The notes beneath the pieces were generated by a model. It searched no databases and was not told the origin of the DNA. It was given only the letters and a program-made list of their open reading frames with translations. Shown here in pieces: positions 12,201 through 24,195 of a stretch of DNA of 64,000 bases; position 1 is the first letter of the stretch; every line of letters starts with the position of its first letter. Where the stretch lies: NCBI GenBank assembly GCA_965202585.1, contig OZ241832.1:53444001-53508000 (forward strand), given 5' to 3'. Source of the DNA: Thalia democratica (taxonomy: Eukaryota). The translations under genes were made by a program, and so were the position numbers.

Positions 12201-14049
12201 ACACATTACACACAAAACAATTTATACAATGCAACAGTTTTTAATTAAAAACTCAAACTAAAGCTAAGTAATTAATAAACTTTACTTAAAGATTTGTCTA
12301 TTGATAACAACGTAATAAATATTCAAAGTTATGAAAGTAGTTAGAATTGTTATATGATTGTGCAAAACATCATGTAGTGCAAAATTTTAACGATATAACA
12401 AAAGTGACTTATTCATTTCAAATTAAATACATTAATTCCAAATAAAAGTGGTTTTCAATCGTTATTATCTTTTCACAAAGGTTTAAAAAAGCCTTTAAGG
12501 CTACCAAAAGTAATTCTATTAGTTGATGACGGAGCTATTTAACGTGACTTTTTGTAGTTTTTTTTTATAATTAGTTTTATAATAATTACTTGACAATAAG
12601 ACTTATGATACGAAAATTTTAAGGCTATAATTAAAATTTACACACTTCAAAATCATATCTTTGTATTAAGATTAGGCATTTTTAGCTGACTTATTTTTTT
12701 CAAAACATTTTCTTAAGTTTTAAACTGTCTGTTAGTTTGCTTTCTTTTGTTTTCCACCCTCGTTTTTTATGATAACAGTACGCGAAATAAAGACAAATGC
12801 ATTCAATTTGAGTAGGCGCTTTAGCGTCAATACTAACTGTTTCATTTCTACATTTCTTTATTTTAATGTTTTATTTTCTGACTAGCTATGTTTCTTGTAT
12901 TTAAAAAATATGTTTATTTAGTAATTTATTTTGTATAAGTTACATTTATTAAGGCAACCAATCTAAAAGTTTACTTTCTTTAAATAAGAGATATATCAAA
13001 TAGATAAGTTAGTTAATAAATATTGATTAGGTTTAATTTTAAATGACAGTCTTAAATTTGAGTCCTCTCAATCTTCGGTTTGCTACACCTTTTGTATCTG
13101 TGAGCTGAGTGTAAATTAGTAGGGCAGTTGCCATCAATACTAATTTAATTTTGTTTGTTTTTAATTGTTAAATTGATAAGTGATCGGTTTAAATTTTTAG
13201 AATAATTTATTTATAATTTTTATGATTTATAAATTATATTAATAAAGCTATTTAAAAACAATTGTCTAAAAAGGAAGCACAAAAAATATACAATTATTAT
13301 TCAAAAAAAATATGATTAATTATTATAAATCGATTTTTTCTTCAAAGATGTTTTAAACAAATTTCATAAAGTGTAAATTTGAACGATATACAAGTTAAAA
13401 ACTCTGAAAGCACAGCATATAAAAAGTACAATACTTTCATATACTTTTACAGAAGTTGTAAACTAGTAAACGCTCATGCCAGTATATTTATGCTGAACAT
13501 GACTGTTCTCATGTGAAATAAGTAGAAAGCTTGTAGCAAGCTGCTTAAATAGCTTAACTAACATTCTGTTTATTGTCTGTTGCGTATTAAGCACGTAGGC
13601 GCAAACTATTGAAGCTTTTCAACATTTAGTGTGGTTTGCTTTCTTAGTTTGTTTTATAAACAACTTAATTTAATAAAAATTTTCAATGCACCGTTGATAA
13701 CCTACCAAAGCAGCAGTTTGCAAACTTGCAAAAAATATTCGCAGTACACAGTTTAAAAATAATTCTGTACAGTGTACTTGCAAGACTATTTACTATAAAT
13801 AGTGTATTTACCGAAGCTTGTTTTTATGTTTAAATTATAAAATGTAGTTTATGAAATTGCCATAAAGTACTTAACATATTATAATTACTTTCTTCTTCTG
13901 AACCACCAATAAATTGATGATTTTAATTTTTATTAACTGAGCTATAACTGTGCTATAATTGCAAAAAGAAAGCTAAGCCAATAAGTTTGATCTTGTTGAA
14001 AAATTTACGGTTGAAAAAGGCTTGTATAATTTACTTTTGTTTTCAAAAC

Positions 14050-14800
14050 TTGTGCAAAAATTCAAGTTTCTATATTATAGTTGTCACAATAAAAATCTTA
14101 AAAGATCAACGAAAGCTTCAAGATAAAAGAAAAACAGTAAGATTTTAACATCTTTCAAAACAGCAAAACAAATTTTAACGTTAAAGCTTAACGTAGACAA
14201 AGCCGCAGGTAGACAGAAATAGAAAGAAAAGACAAACTGTTCCACAAAATTTTTATGTGATGGGGAAATTGGTTTTCGCACAAGTTTTTATCTAATAAAT
14301 CATCCGCTTTTAAAAAAACTTGTTCTACTGCAAAAGCTTACATAATAGACTTGTTTAAAATGGTAAATAGTTACAAAAAGCATCGCAATAGGGCATTCAC
14401 ATTAAAAATATTAAATTGTCTTTAAAAACACCTCTGTAAAAAAGATTTAGTTCAAAATAACAGCTTTTAATTTGAAGCGATGGTTTGGGACGGTATACTT
14501 TTTATAAATTCATCTTTGGCTAACAGTGTAAAGTACACAGCAGATTATGAAAGAAATTTGCTTTTATAAATCTAAACCACGTTCTTCAGAAAGAATCAAA
14601 TGTAAATTTTTATATAGTTCGTAAAATTAGAATTTTTTTAGTTTATAAAACTTTTTAACCAGGAAACTTTTTCATGTTTCCAAAACTATGTTAATGTTCA
14701 AAATAGGCTGTGCGCTGTTATTCTGCCACTTGTTATTTTCTAATTACTACACTTCGTTTACGAAAATTTTGTTTGGTGATAATACTTCTACCTTTGAATT
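14050..14800 (+). pseudogene. Possible highly decayed Tc1/mariner transposase relic
   Basis: Broken reading frames give TSFKTAKQI..LKLNV (Tc3-like HTH segment) and AMVWDGI...NSVKY....ERNLL (cf. VMVWG...NSxKY...LExxLL). Many stops; no TIRs found. Confidence 0.3.
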
Positions 14801-15519
14801 AAAAGCTAAATAAAATTTCAAGGACGTATCTTTGATAGTTAGATACATTTTTATTAAAATTTTTTTTATCTCCGTAGAACTGTGTTATCGATTTAGTAGT
14901 AAAATTATAATATTTGTCTTAAATTGTCCTTCTGGTATGTCAATCGGGTTTGTTTTTTTGTCTTTATCTTAATTACTATGTATAAAATTTTATTATACTT
15001 CAAAATAATAAACAAAACTTTAATTTTATACACGAAACTATTGCTTGAAGTACTTTCAAATGCGTCGTCAGCAAGCAAGTAAAAAATTACTGAATCGACT
15101 TATATTTTTATTAAGTAAACCTTTAAAAAATAGAATGATGTAAGTGTACAATTAAAAAAATCTTATAGTTTGAGTACTTTTCTAATATAATGAATATTTT
15201 TTTACTATCACGTACAGTCGGTCTTTTTAAGGGTTTCCTAGTTACAGCAAAACGTAGTAGTTTTTTGAACTTTATTTTACGAGACGTATTTTTGTATTTT
15301 TTTTCATATAACAAAGTCATTTAGGTAAAGTCTTTTCATAGATAGATCAATATTCTTTAGTTCTATGTTTATCAGACATCTTTTTCAACTTTTTTATACA
15401 ACTTGACTAATAGATTTTAAGCAACAAAGGGAAGGATAACGCACATTAGATATTTTTGAATTTTAAATGAATAACTAAAAAAAGAAGTCATAAATACATC
15501 TAATGGAAAATTTGAAACA

Positions 15520-15606
15520 TGTATTCTGGGGCTTGTAATGAGTGGGGGCGATTATGTTTCTATTTCTGAAGAGGGGCGATTATGAGAAGGAGTTTGGGAA
15601 ACCCTG
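15520..15606 (+). mobile_element. Orphan right end of a Buster-type hAT
   Basis: GAGTTTGGGAAACCCTG ending at 15606, preceded by two GGGGCGATT boxes spaced like those in the 10145 end, and followed by TCCTAAAC (nnnTAnnn). Confidence 0.6.
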
Positions 15607-17222
15607 TCCTAAACCATAACCAGAAGTAAATAACTTGAATATTTTTCAAAATATGCTATTTGTCTATCAATAGATATAAATGATACGATTTTTAGAAAAC
15701 ATTTTCGAGGTAAATTTTACGTGCCCACTAAAAATGCTACTACTTGATAAGCTTTTCGAACACATAAGTACCTTCTGTAACAATAAAACACATTAAAAAT
15801 TCCTGCTGACTCAATGGCAGCGTAAACCTCGTTAGCTTTCAAATGAAAAATACTTTTAAGTATGTTGGAATTTTGTTCAGATTTTAGATACTATCTGTTT
15901 GTTTAACACCAGAAACAAGAAATAGTAAAAGCATTTAGTAACAATACTTAAACATTAAACTCTTAAAATGTTTACTTAAGATATATCTTATAATACAAAA
16001 AAGAAAGTTACTTGCTTTTTTGTTACATTTTATGCCTAAATTTGAGTAGGGGGTTTTCATGGTAACTCTAAGATTTATTGTCTAAGAAAACTATTATGTT
16101 CTTCAATATACGCTTATTTACATCAGGTAAAGTTTCATGAGATGCAGTTTTATGAAGGTTATAAAATATTGAATGATTTATTAAAGCTGAATATGTGTTT
16201 TTCTAATGTGTTTAACTGTAAACCAGGGACATTTTTTGTGCAAGCCCACTGAAAAAGTTTAGACACGCCCATGATTTAAAGGTAAAATTAGCAATAATAG
16301 TTTTACAATCAACAAATCTAAATAGCATAGTATAAAATTAAGGTATTTTAAAACTTTTATAACTTTAGTAATTTTTTATTGTAGATTAGCTTTCTGCATA
16401 GCTTTGTAACTAAATTTGATTATTAACATTATTTTACAGGATAAGTATCTTAAACCTATACACATTTAAATTACTTAGTTAAATCATAACGAAGTTTTGA
16501 TATAGGTATTTTTTGTAGAAGGTTCACTGTTTTAACCGTAAAGTACTATTGTTATAAGAAAATATCATTACTTTAAAAAATTTGTTTATAAGCAATGTCT
16601 TGTAATGTAGAAAAAATTAGATTTATATTTGAAAGCTGAAAAATATTTAAAAAACTGTAAATAAAATTAAAATCAAAGTTAAAACTAACTATTAATAAAA
16701 TTTTGTTCAAAAATTATATAAATTTTTATCTATTTAATTGCTTTCCAAAATTAAGTTACGTGTCTTAATCAAATTACTTTTTTACTGAATTGTGATTTTT
16801 AACTTTTGAACAATAACTTTAGTAACTTCGAATCTTTTACTATTTATAACGATTTTTTTCAATATGACATCTTACTTTTTGTAATAGTAGTAAAAATAGT
16901 CTTTATTTTACTATAAAATATCGGTAATAATTTAGCTTCGCACATACACTAATATTTATATGAAAGCTTTGTTTTATTTTCTCACTAAGTTATACACTCC
17001 AAAAACTATTTTAAAACAAGAAAACTGCTTTAAGATTTTAAATTATTTTATTTTTAACTAAAATGATAAATATACATTTTTTTAAAGAAAACGAGGTAAA
17101 ATATTCTTTTTACAACAAAGTATTTGAGAAAGTAAGTTTTAAAAAATCCCGTAAAAATTATTTGGCAATTATAGCAGTATAAGGTAGGTTATTTATCAAT
17201 TAATTTCCTACAAGGCTCGATT

Positions 17223-20200
17223 TTAATTGGAAAACACCAAATAACTAATAACTGACACACATGCAAACATCAACCACTTGTTTTCTGTTGAGCTTGAGGC
17301 TGAGTTGCCTAAAATTTTATCATCTTTTAGTTTTACTTTAGTAAAGTTAAAAATTGCTATTAAGAACTATTCAATATCAAAAACTAAAAATTTACAGTTT
17401 ATTTTAGACAAAGATAAGATTGTTCATACAAATATTTTTGCCTTTTGTTAATTTTATTGTAGTTGATAAAGTTGATCAAAATACTTAAAAAATACAAAAC
17501 TACAGCAAAATTTACTTTGTTAGTATATTTCTTAAAGACTTAAAAATATTGTTTATAAAGTTTATTTTAAAAATTTCATTTAAATCTAGAAATAAGACAA
17601 TTTTTAGAATCTAAGATTAATTTAGTTTAAAAGCTAGTTTGCGATAGTATTACAAAATCTAATTTATGTATTTCAAAACATCAATATTTATATATACCAT
17701 ATTTTTATAGGATTTTGTGAGGATGCTTATAAATTTATAACATGTTATTAAACTTAAATAAAATGTAAAAGAAATATACAAACTATACCTAACTAAACCT
17801 AAAATTAAAAGTGCTTCCCGTAATAAGCTTATTTACAAACTATTAAAAAAATACAAACCTGCAAATTTAACAGAAGTTGTTTCTGTTGAGTTTTGGTCTC
17901 GTTTTCCATGTATGTTCTGTTGGCATGTATATTTTTGTTTGACGTAAATATCGTTTACATCAAACTCCTGTCTGATGCAAACTTGACTCTTCTCACAACC
18001 CCCATTGCATTTCGATTCTGTTTTAAAATAAAAAAGTTAAAGAGTTTTTTATTTAACTTTTATTGAGTTTAGTTACATCTGTCATATTTGTAGTTTTTCT
18101 GTTTGTTCTCAAGTAATAATTTGTTGAAAACAGACTAAAAACTCAACAAAAAGTCTTATTTTCCATACCAAGAATAATCAAACTATAAAAGTTCCTTTTC
18201 TATTTTTTCAGCTCTTTTGTAATGGTTTTACTTACTTTAAGTCAAAAATTTTGTAAATGCTCACGCTAAATTTATTTAAAGTTTAAATTAAAAACTTTAT
18301 AACTAACAATTGCTATTTACTAACTAAATTTTTGTAATTTTAAAATGTCAATCTTTCTGTTATTTTCTTAACTGTATTTAGTAATAAGCTCGTTATCTCA
18401 AAGAAAAACTATATTTTTAAAATAAAAAACTTTTTGTCAAATAAGCCAGCAAAAATACAACGTATTAGTTCTTAAAACAAAATATTTAGGAGTTGATCTT
18501 TCATTTATTAAAAAATCAATTCTGCTAAGCTAAACATACTTATAAGTTTAAAAAAGGACAGACTGTCAGCTTACTTTTTATTTTGTAAAAATAGAATTTT
18601 TTAATAAAAGGTGGCTGCATAAACTTAAAAGTATATTTCAGCAGTGTTACGTGTTTTAGTATATTTTGTAAACTTAATTAAATCTTTAATGTCTTTATAA
18701 ATGTTAGTCTTTGTTTCTAAAACAGAGTTGTAATTGAGGGTCTCATTAATCTTATTGATTAAGTGAGTGAAAAATTGTTCTTTAAAAAATTTTTTTAATA
18801 ATAAGTTTATATTTCTATTTTTGTAGGTATAAAAGTTTTAGTTGAAAAATTTTATGCTAATACAACCTAATTAAAAATCCCTTAAAAAAATTACTTTTAG
18901 TAACATGTTTACTAAGTTGAAAACAATTTACCATCTGTATTTGTTTGAAAGCTCGGTTGAGAACATTTGTAATCAACAGTACTTCCAGTGACGTTTGTCA
19001 CCAAACAACTCTCATCTGTCCCGCATATCTCAGGTTTTTCATGACTTTTTGTGTTTCGAAGGCAAACGTCTGCAACATTCCAAAACAAAGTTGTTAATCG
19101 CAGTAAAAGTTTTATAATAAACTTTTAATTTACAATAGTTTAACTAAGACAACTAGGTAAAATAATCAAAAGATTGTTTTTAAAACATTTAAAAACTTTT
19201 ATTGCACAGTCAAATTCAAAACGTATTAAAGAGTTTTACTCTCTTTTTCAATAAACTTAATAATAATAAAAAAAATTATTCAAATAGAATCATTCCATTA
19301 TTTATTCTACTTGAATGAAATATTAAATATAAAAGAACTGCAAACAAACGTTGGCTACGTCTTAGAAATACTTGAGTTTTATATTGTACTTATAAAGCTT
19401 GTTTAAGATAACCTAAAATACAACTAAAAACTGCAATATACGATAAGTATTGAAAACTTTTATTATTACGTTCTACGCGAAACTTTTGGTTTAATCACAA
19501 ACCAGCGTTCTCCACAGTTACATTTGCGCAGCGCGGATGTGTGTGACAATTCTCATCGTCCAAGCACTCAGTTGCTTCACACCAATCCCGGTGGCCGTCT
19601 GTAGTTTTTCAGATTTGCTGATTTAATGCCCGGTTTAAAAAAATAAAACAAAATACTATTATATTTTGATTACAGTAATTTTTAAAACAATACTTTAAGT
19701 ACAACCAGTAGGTATGAGAAAGTTTTGTGTTTTCGTATTATATTTCTAACTAAACTACCGTGAAAATATGTTTTTAAACTTTTTTATAAAGTTTTTGATG
19801 ATCAAAGATTGTGTGAAAGAAACTAAATAGGAATAGTACCAAATTGGTTTTAAAATAGGAAAACTTACGATGTTCACAACGTTCACCAAAATAATCACCG
19901 GAACATATACACGTTTTAACATTATCCTCAGATTCGACGCATTTTCCGTTCACACAAAAATTATCAGTTGTGCATGGTACTGGTTTAAAAGATTGTATTA
20001 ATTAAAAATGAGTCAGCTCGAAAAGTTATAAAAACGTTTTAAATATTTTTACATAAAAACAGCTACCGTTACCTTCATAAAACGTTAAGTAAAATTTTTA
20101 CAAATTTGAAAACAACACTTTATAACATCATAACTAATAAAGATAAATTATTAAGATAACATAATAGAATAAGTTGTCGATAAAATATGCATATATTATA

Positions 20201-21771
20201 CTGTTTTAAATCATTTCATTGTTCAACTTAACATAAAACTAACGATAGCTGGTTCCGTTCTGGTTGTTACAGTCCAAAGAGTAGGTGTTGTTTAAACAAA
20301 GTTCTGAAAACAAAAAAAAAGTTATAACACTATTTATACTTTTTAAAACTTACTTAAACAGTCTTTTTTTAAGATCTTCGTTATAAACTACTGTTTTTAG
20401 CAAATGTCAAAATTTTAATGCTTAGCTATGTTCGAGATTATTGAGGTAATTGTTACACATATTACAAAAAACATTTTACTGAATAAGTGTGACTAAATAA
20501 GGTTTATAGGTAAAAACCACAACACATACAATGATACAGGAATAAAATTACATAAACACGTGTTTCAATAAGTTAGGAACATGGTCTTAACTTGTAGTTT
20601 TCGAGCTTGTTCTTTTTTAAGATTTGTTCAAAGTTGGTAAAAGGTTATGTATAAAACAAATTTACTTTAAAAGTAATTATTATGGTATATAACATAAAGT
20701 TTTGTTAATGTCAAAAATATAGCTTTTATTGGCTATACATAACTTAAAATACAAAAATACAACAAAAAGTTACTGAAACTAATCAAAAAAAATTCTTCAA
20801 AATTGAAAAACATAATTTTTTGTTAAATGTCAGAAGTTCATTTTTTATTAATTTTCTAAACTTTTTTTTCAATAACTTTTTCAAAAATGTTTAAATTACT
20901 GAAATATGTTTAATAAGCGTAAAAGCGATTTAAAAGCCTTAATTTTTTCTTTTATTAACTTAATTTTCCAAAACTATGTAGCTTCAGTCATTTTTTTGCC
21001 TTTTTAACAAACCAGTCATTTAATTAACTTATAAAATTTTTAATGAATAATTAAACTAACCAATATCGCAAAATACTCCGAAATACCCAGAAAAACAGCT
21101 ACAATAAGGTACACCCATAATATCATTCATGCAGATTCCTGGTGCGGCGTTGCCACTTCTACCGCAATCGAAATCAGTTGAACATTGTTTTGAAAGTTCA
21201 CCTTTACAAGTAAAATTTTTTCAAGTAGTTATAATCATTTTCGTAGTCGAAATAAAAAATTTTACAATAATATGGCTTATAAAAACTATTTAGTACCAAA
21301 ATAGTTTACTTTTGTTGAATACTAAACCTTTAAGAGTGTTTCTTTTACGAATTTTGTGTAAAATTGTAAACACTTAACAAAATAAAACTTCTTTTAATAT
21401 AGATTAGTTTTGTATTCAAAAACTCGTATTCTATTTATTTAATATAACAAAATCATTAGAATATATAAGAATATTAAGTAGAGTTATTGAACTTTTTTTT
21501 TTAATTTAGTATATGTAAAATGTAAATTAATTTCTTATACCAAAAGTAAAAGAAAAATTTTCGTATAGAGCATTTGAAATTTTTTTAAACGTTATAAACG
21601 TATAATAAACTTTTGCCAAAAAAACTAATTTCGATTAAAAAAATAAGTAGAATTTTAACGTAATTTCTACTAATTTAATTTGTTGACACATAATTTAACT
21701 TTACCTTTTACTATGTGAATTAAAAAATTCATTTTAATAGTTATAAGACAAATTCGTAGCAAAATAGACAT
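17223..21771 (-). CDS. 8-exon secreted cysteine-rich protein, 285 aa: signal peptide, two EGF-like domains, three 4-Cys (FOLN-like) modules and a GPI-anchor-type C-terminus
   Basis: Exons (minus): 21771-21705, 21201-21061, 20303-20244, 19979-19869, 19598-19503, 19069-18932, 18017-17859, 17308-17223. All introns GT-AG and phase 1; total 858 nt, open to TAA. EGF1 CSTDFDC...GICMNDIMGVPYCSCFSGYFGVFC; EGF2 CTTDNFCVNGKCVESEDNVKTCICSGDYFGERC; tail GNSASSSTENKWLMFACVSVISYLVFSN*. Exon 1 (MSILLRICLITIKMNFLIHIVKG) is the least certain. Confidence 0.85.
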
Positions 21772-24109
21772 ATTCAGGACTTCAGATATAGCTTATAAAA
21801 AACTGCTAAGTAAGCTTTGAATTATTTTTAATCTTAACAGAATTAATATCTAATACAAATACTTAAAATTTACTTTAATTAAAATACAAATTTTTTTTAA
21901 TACAACTTGTACAAAGTTTTATCTAGAAGTAAAAAAAGCATGTTATATCTTATAATCTTATTAAAAATCATTTTATTTAAACAAAACTATAAAACAGTTA
22001 AACTTTGTTTAAGAAAAATACCTGTTTCAAAATAAACTTATATAACTAGAAATATAATTTATTCATCAAATGATAAAACTTTTGGTTATTAATACTTTTT
22101 AACGAATGCCAACTTTTAAATACTGTTATTTTTATATTTTTAAAGAATGCGTTTATAACTAAATATTGAAAAAATAATATGTACTCAATAAGTTCCATAA
22201 AAAAAACCGATACTAATTATTTCACATTATAAAAAAAAACATGGTAACAAACAACTGTGTGCTATTGTATAGTAGCTGAATAACATTATGTACCTTTATA
22301 TAGATTCAAAATTTTGAAAAGACACCTTTAAAATCCTTTAAAAAGTTTTTTTTTTAATGTGCAATTACTTTTTATTTATTTATATTTGCTGTCACTATAA
22401 ATAATTAATATTATTAACTTAGTTTAGTCTATAAGAAATAGCGAAAACGATTGTTTTAAAACTTTTTCACGTTTTATTTTATAAAATTGTGATTATAAAC
22501 AGCAAATTTGTCCTTAAATTATATAAATAACAGTTTTTTCTTAAAAATGATACATGCTATATGTTACTTCAAGTTGTGAATATTTTTGATTTACATAGTT
22601 TTAAGGTGAAAATTTAAATAAAGAAAAATTTAGTAGTCATTATTATATATAAGGCAAATCTTTAGACATAGTTTCTGCTTTAGTAAAGAACATTTAAAAG
22701 GTCAAATTGTTTAAGTTTTATAACTCCTGAATTCTTTATACTTTTTTTTTTATTCAGCTGATAGTAAAAAAAATAAACAAAAAATAAAATTTAGTGACTT
22801 CTTTGTATCTTTCTCATAACACAAAACTAATGTATGAATAACATTGTAATAATATAAAATACTAGAACAGCTCAAGCTATTTAGTTTACTATTAGCATTA
22901 ACGTAAAGTTTTAAAACACTTTACTTGTAAACTGACATAAATAACCATACCAATGAGTATATAACTTAAATAAAATTAAACAGTGATAATTTGTTACATA
23001 AAAGCAAATAATTTGCTTTAATACAAGTTGTTGAGATTATAAAATCATTAAAACAAATTTTTTTTAATAGTGTATAAGAAATTAGAAATTATTTTATCAA
23101 GCTGTTTTCAGTTAAATTAGATCACTATTTAGTTATAACTTTTATAACTAATTAGAAAGGTATCATTTAAGTTATTTTAAAATTTGTTTGAACTAATTAA
23201 ACAACAGAAGAAAAGAGTTTTTTTAATTGAAAAAGATCTTTGTTAAAAAAGTTCTAATGTCATCAAAATAGATAAGACAGTTCATATTTCTAAATAGTTC
23301 TAAACGAACAACTACAAGCCTTTAGTTAATATAACTTTGTAATTAAAACATAATATTTTATTTTAAATGTAAACTTGATAAATTTCTTCCCCTTGAACTA
23401 TATTTATAAAAACCTCAAGTTTTTGCTATTACGTGAGAAGTTTAGAATACTACACCGATTATGCGAGCAAAACCTTCACAACAAAACATTATAAACCGCT
23501 TTGTAGATGGACTACTGCAGGATTTTAGGTTTTGACTGACGAGTTCAATAAAACTACTACTCTCAGTCTACCGAAAACTTGTCGTCTGATGATCGAAGTC
23601 ATATGATCAGACCTTCATGTTAACTTGAATTTATGTAACAGCAACGTGGCTAGCTTGAAAAATTTACCAATCTGCAAAATACAAAAACAACGGTGACGAC
23701 GCATGATGACGTAATAGAAGTAACAAGGTAATTTATACTACCTCCAGTGTCATTGTGTTTTGTATTAAAGTATACAAGTATGTTAAACTTCGAAATAAAT
23801 GGAATTTTGAAGTATAAGAAATAGTTGTATGCAAGGCAGTTTATGTTGCTACACACCAGTGGTATCGCCAGGTATTTTTGTTTAAAATGTGAAGAATTAA
23901 AGACAATCCCCAAACTAAAACTTGTATTTTAAATCAATTTAAGAACTTTTTACGTTACAACTACGTCAATTTGTCAGTGTAACAAAACATTTGTTTTTGT
24001 TTTTTTTTATCAAAGTAACATAAAAAGTCTTAATGTAAAAAACTACCTAATCTTAATAGCTGTCACTACTTTTTCAATTTAAAACTATTCTGGTCCTGAT
24101 TGAGTTTAC

Positions 24110-24195
24110 GCTGCTCGAGTTGTCCTTACTCAAGTTGCCCCTGCTAGAGTGGCACCTGCTAGAATTTTCCAGGCTCGAGTTTTTCCTGCTCCATT
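24110..24195. repeat. Degenerate 15-bp tandem repeat (about 5-6 units)
   Basis: Units such as CTGCTCGAGTTGTCC, CTGCTAGAGTGGCAC, CTGCTAGAATTTTCC and AGGCTCGAGTTTTTC. Confidence 0.6.

Noticed and set aside
3026-15606. Possible 12.6-kb composite hAT from the 3026 left end to the 15606 right end
   Set aside because: Flanks differ (CTGTATAC vs TCCTAAAC), and the 3026 end has its own partner at 3357.
16053-16066. GTTTTCATGGTAAC, a good RFX X-box match
   Set aside because: About 26 kb from the dynein start, with no ciliary gene start nearby; a single degenerate 14-mer can occur by chance.
21205-21300. Protein-like frame PYYCKIFYFDYENDYNYLKKF upstream of EGF-gene exon 2, one base out of frame
   Set aside because: It needs a homopolymer indel, whereas the AG at 21202-21203 already gives a complete phase-consistent model. 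Worth rechecking only if reads show the indel.
23586-23612. CTGATGA hammerhead-like core; a similar core on minus at ~38920
   Set aside because: No stem II followed by GAAA and no NUH/stem I geometry.
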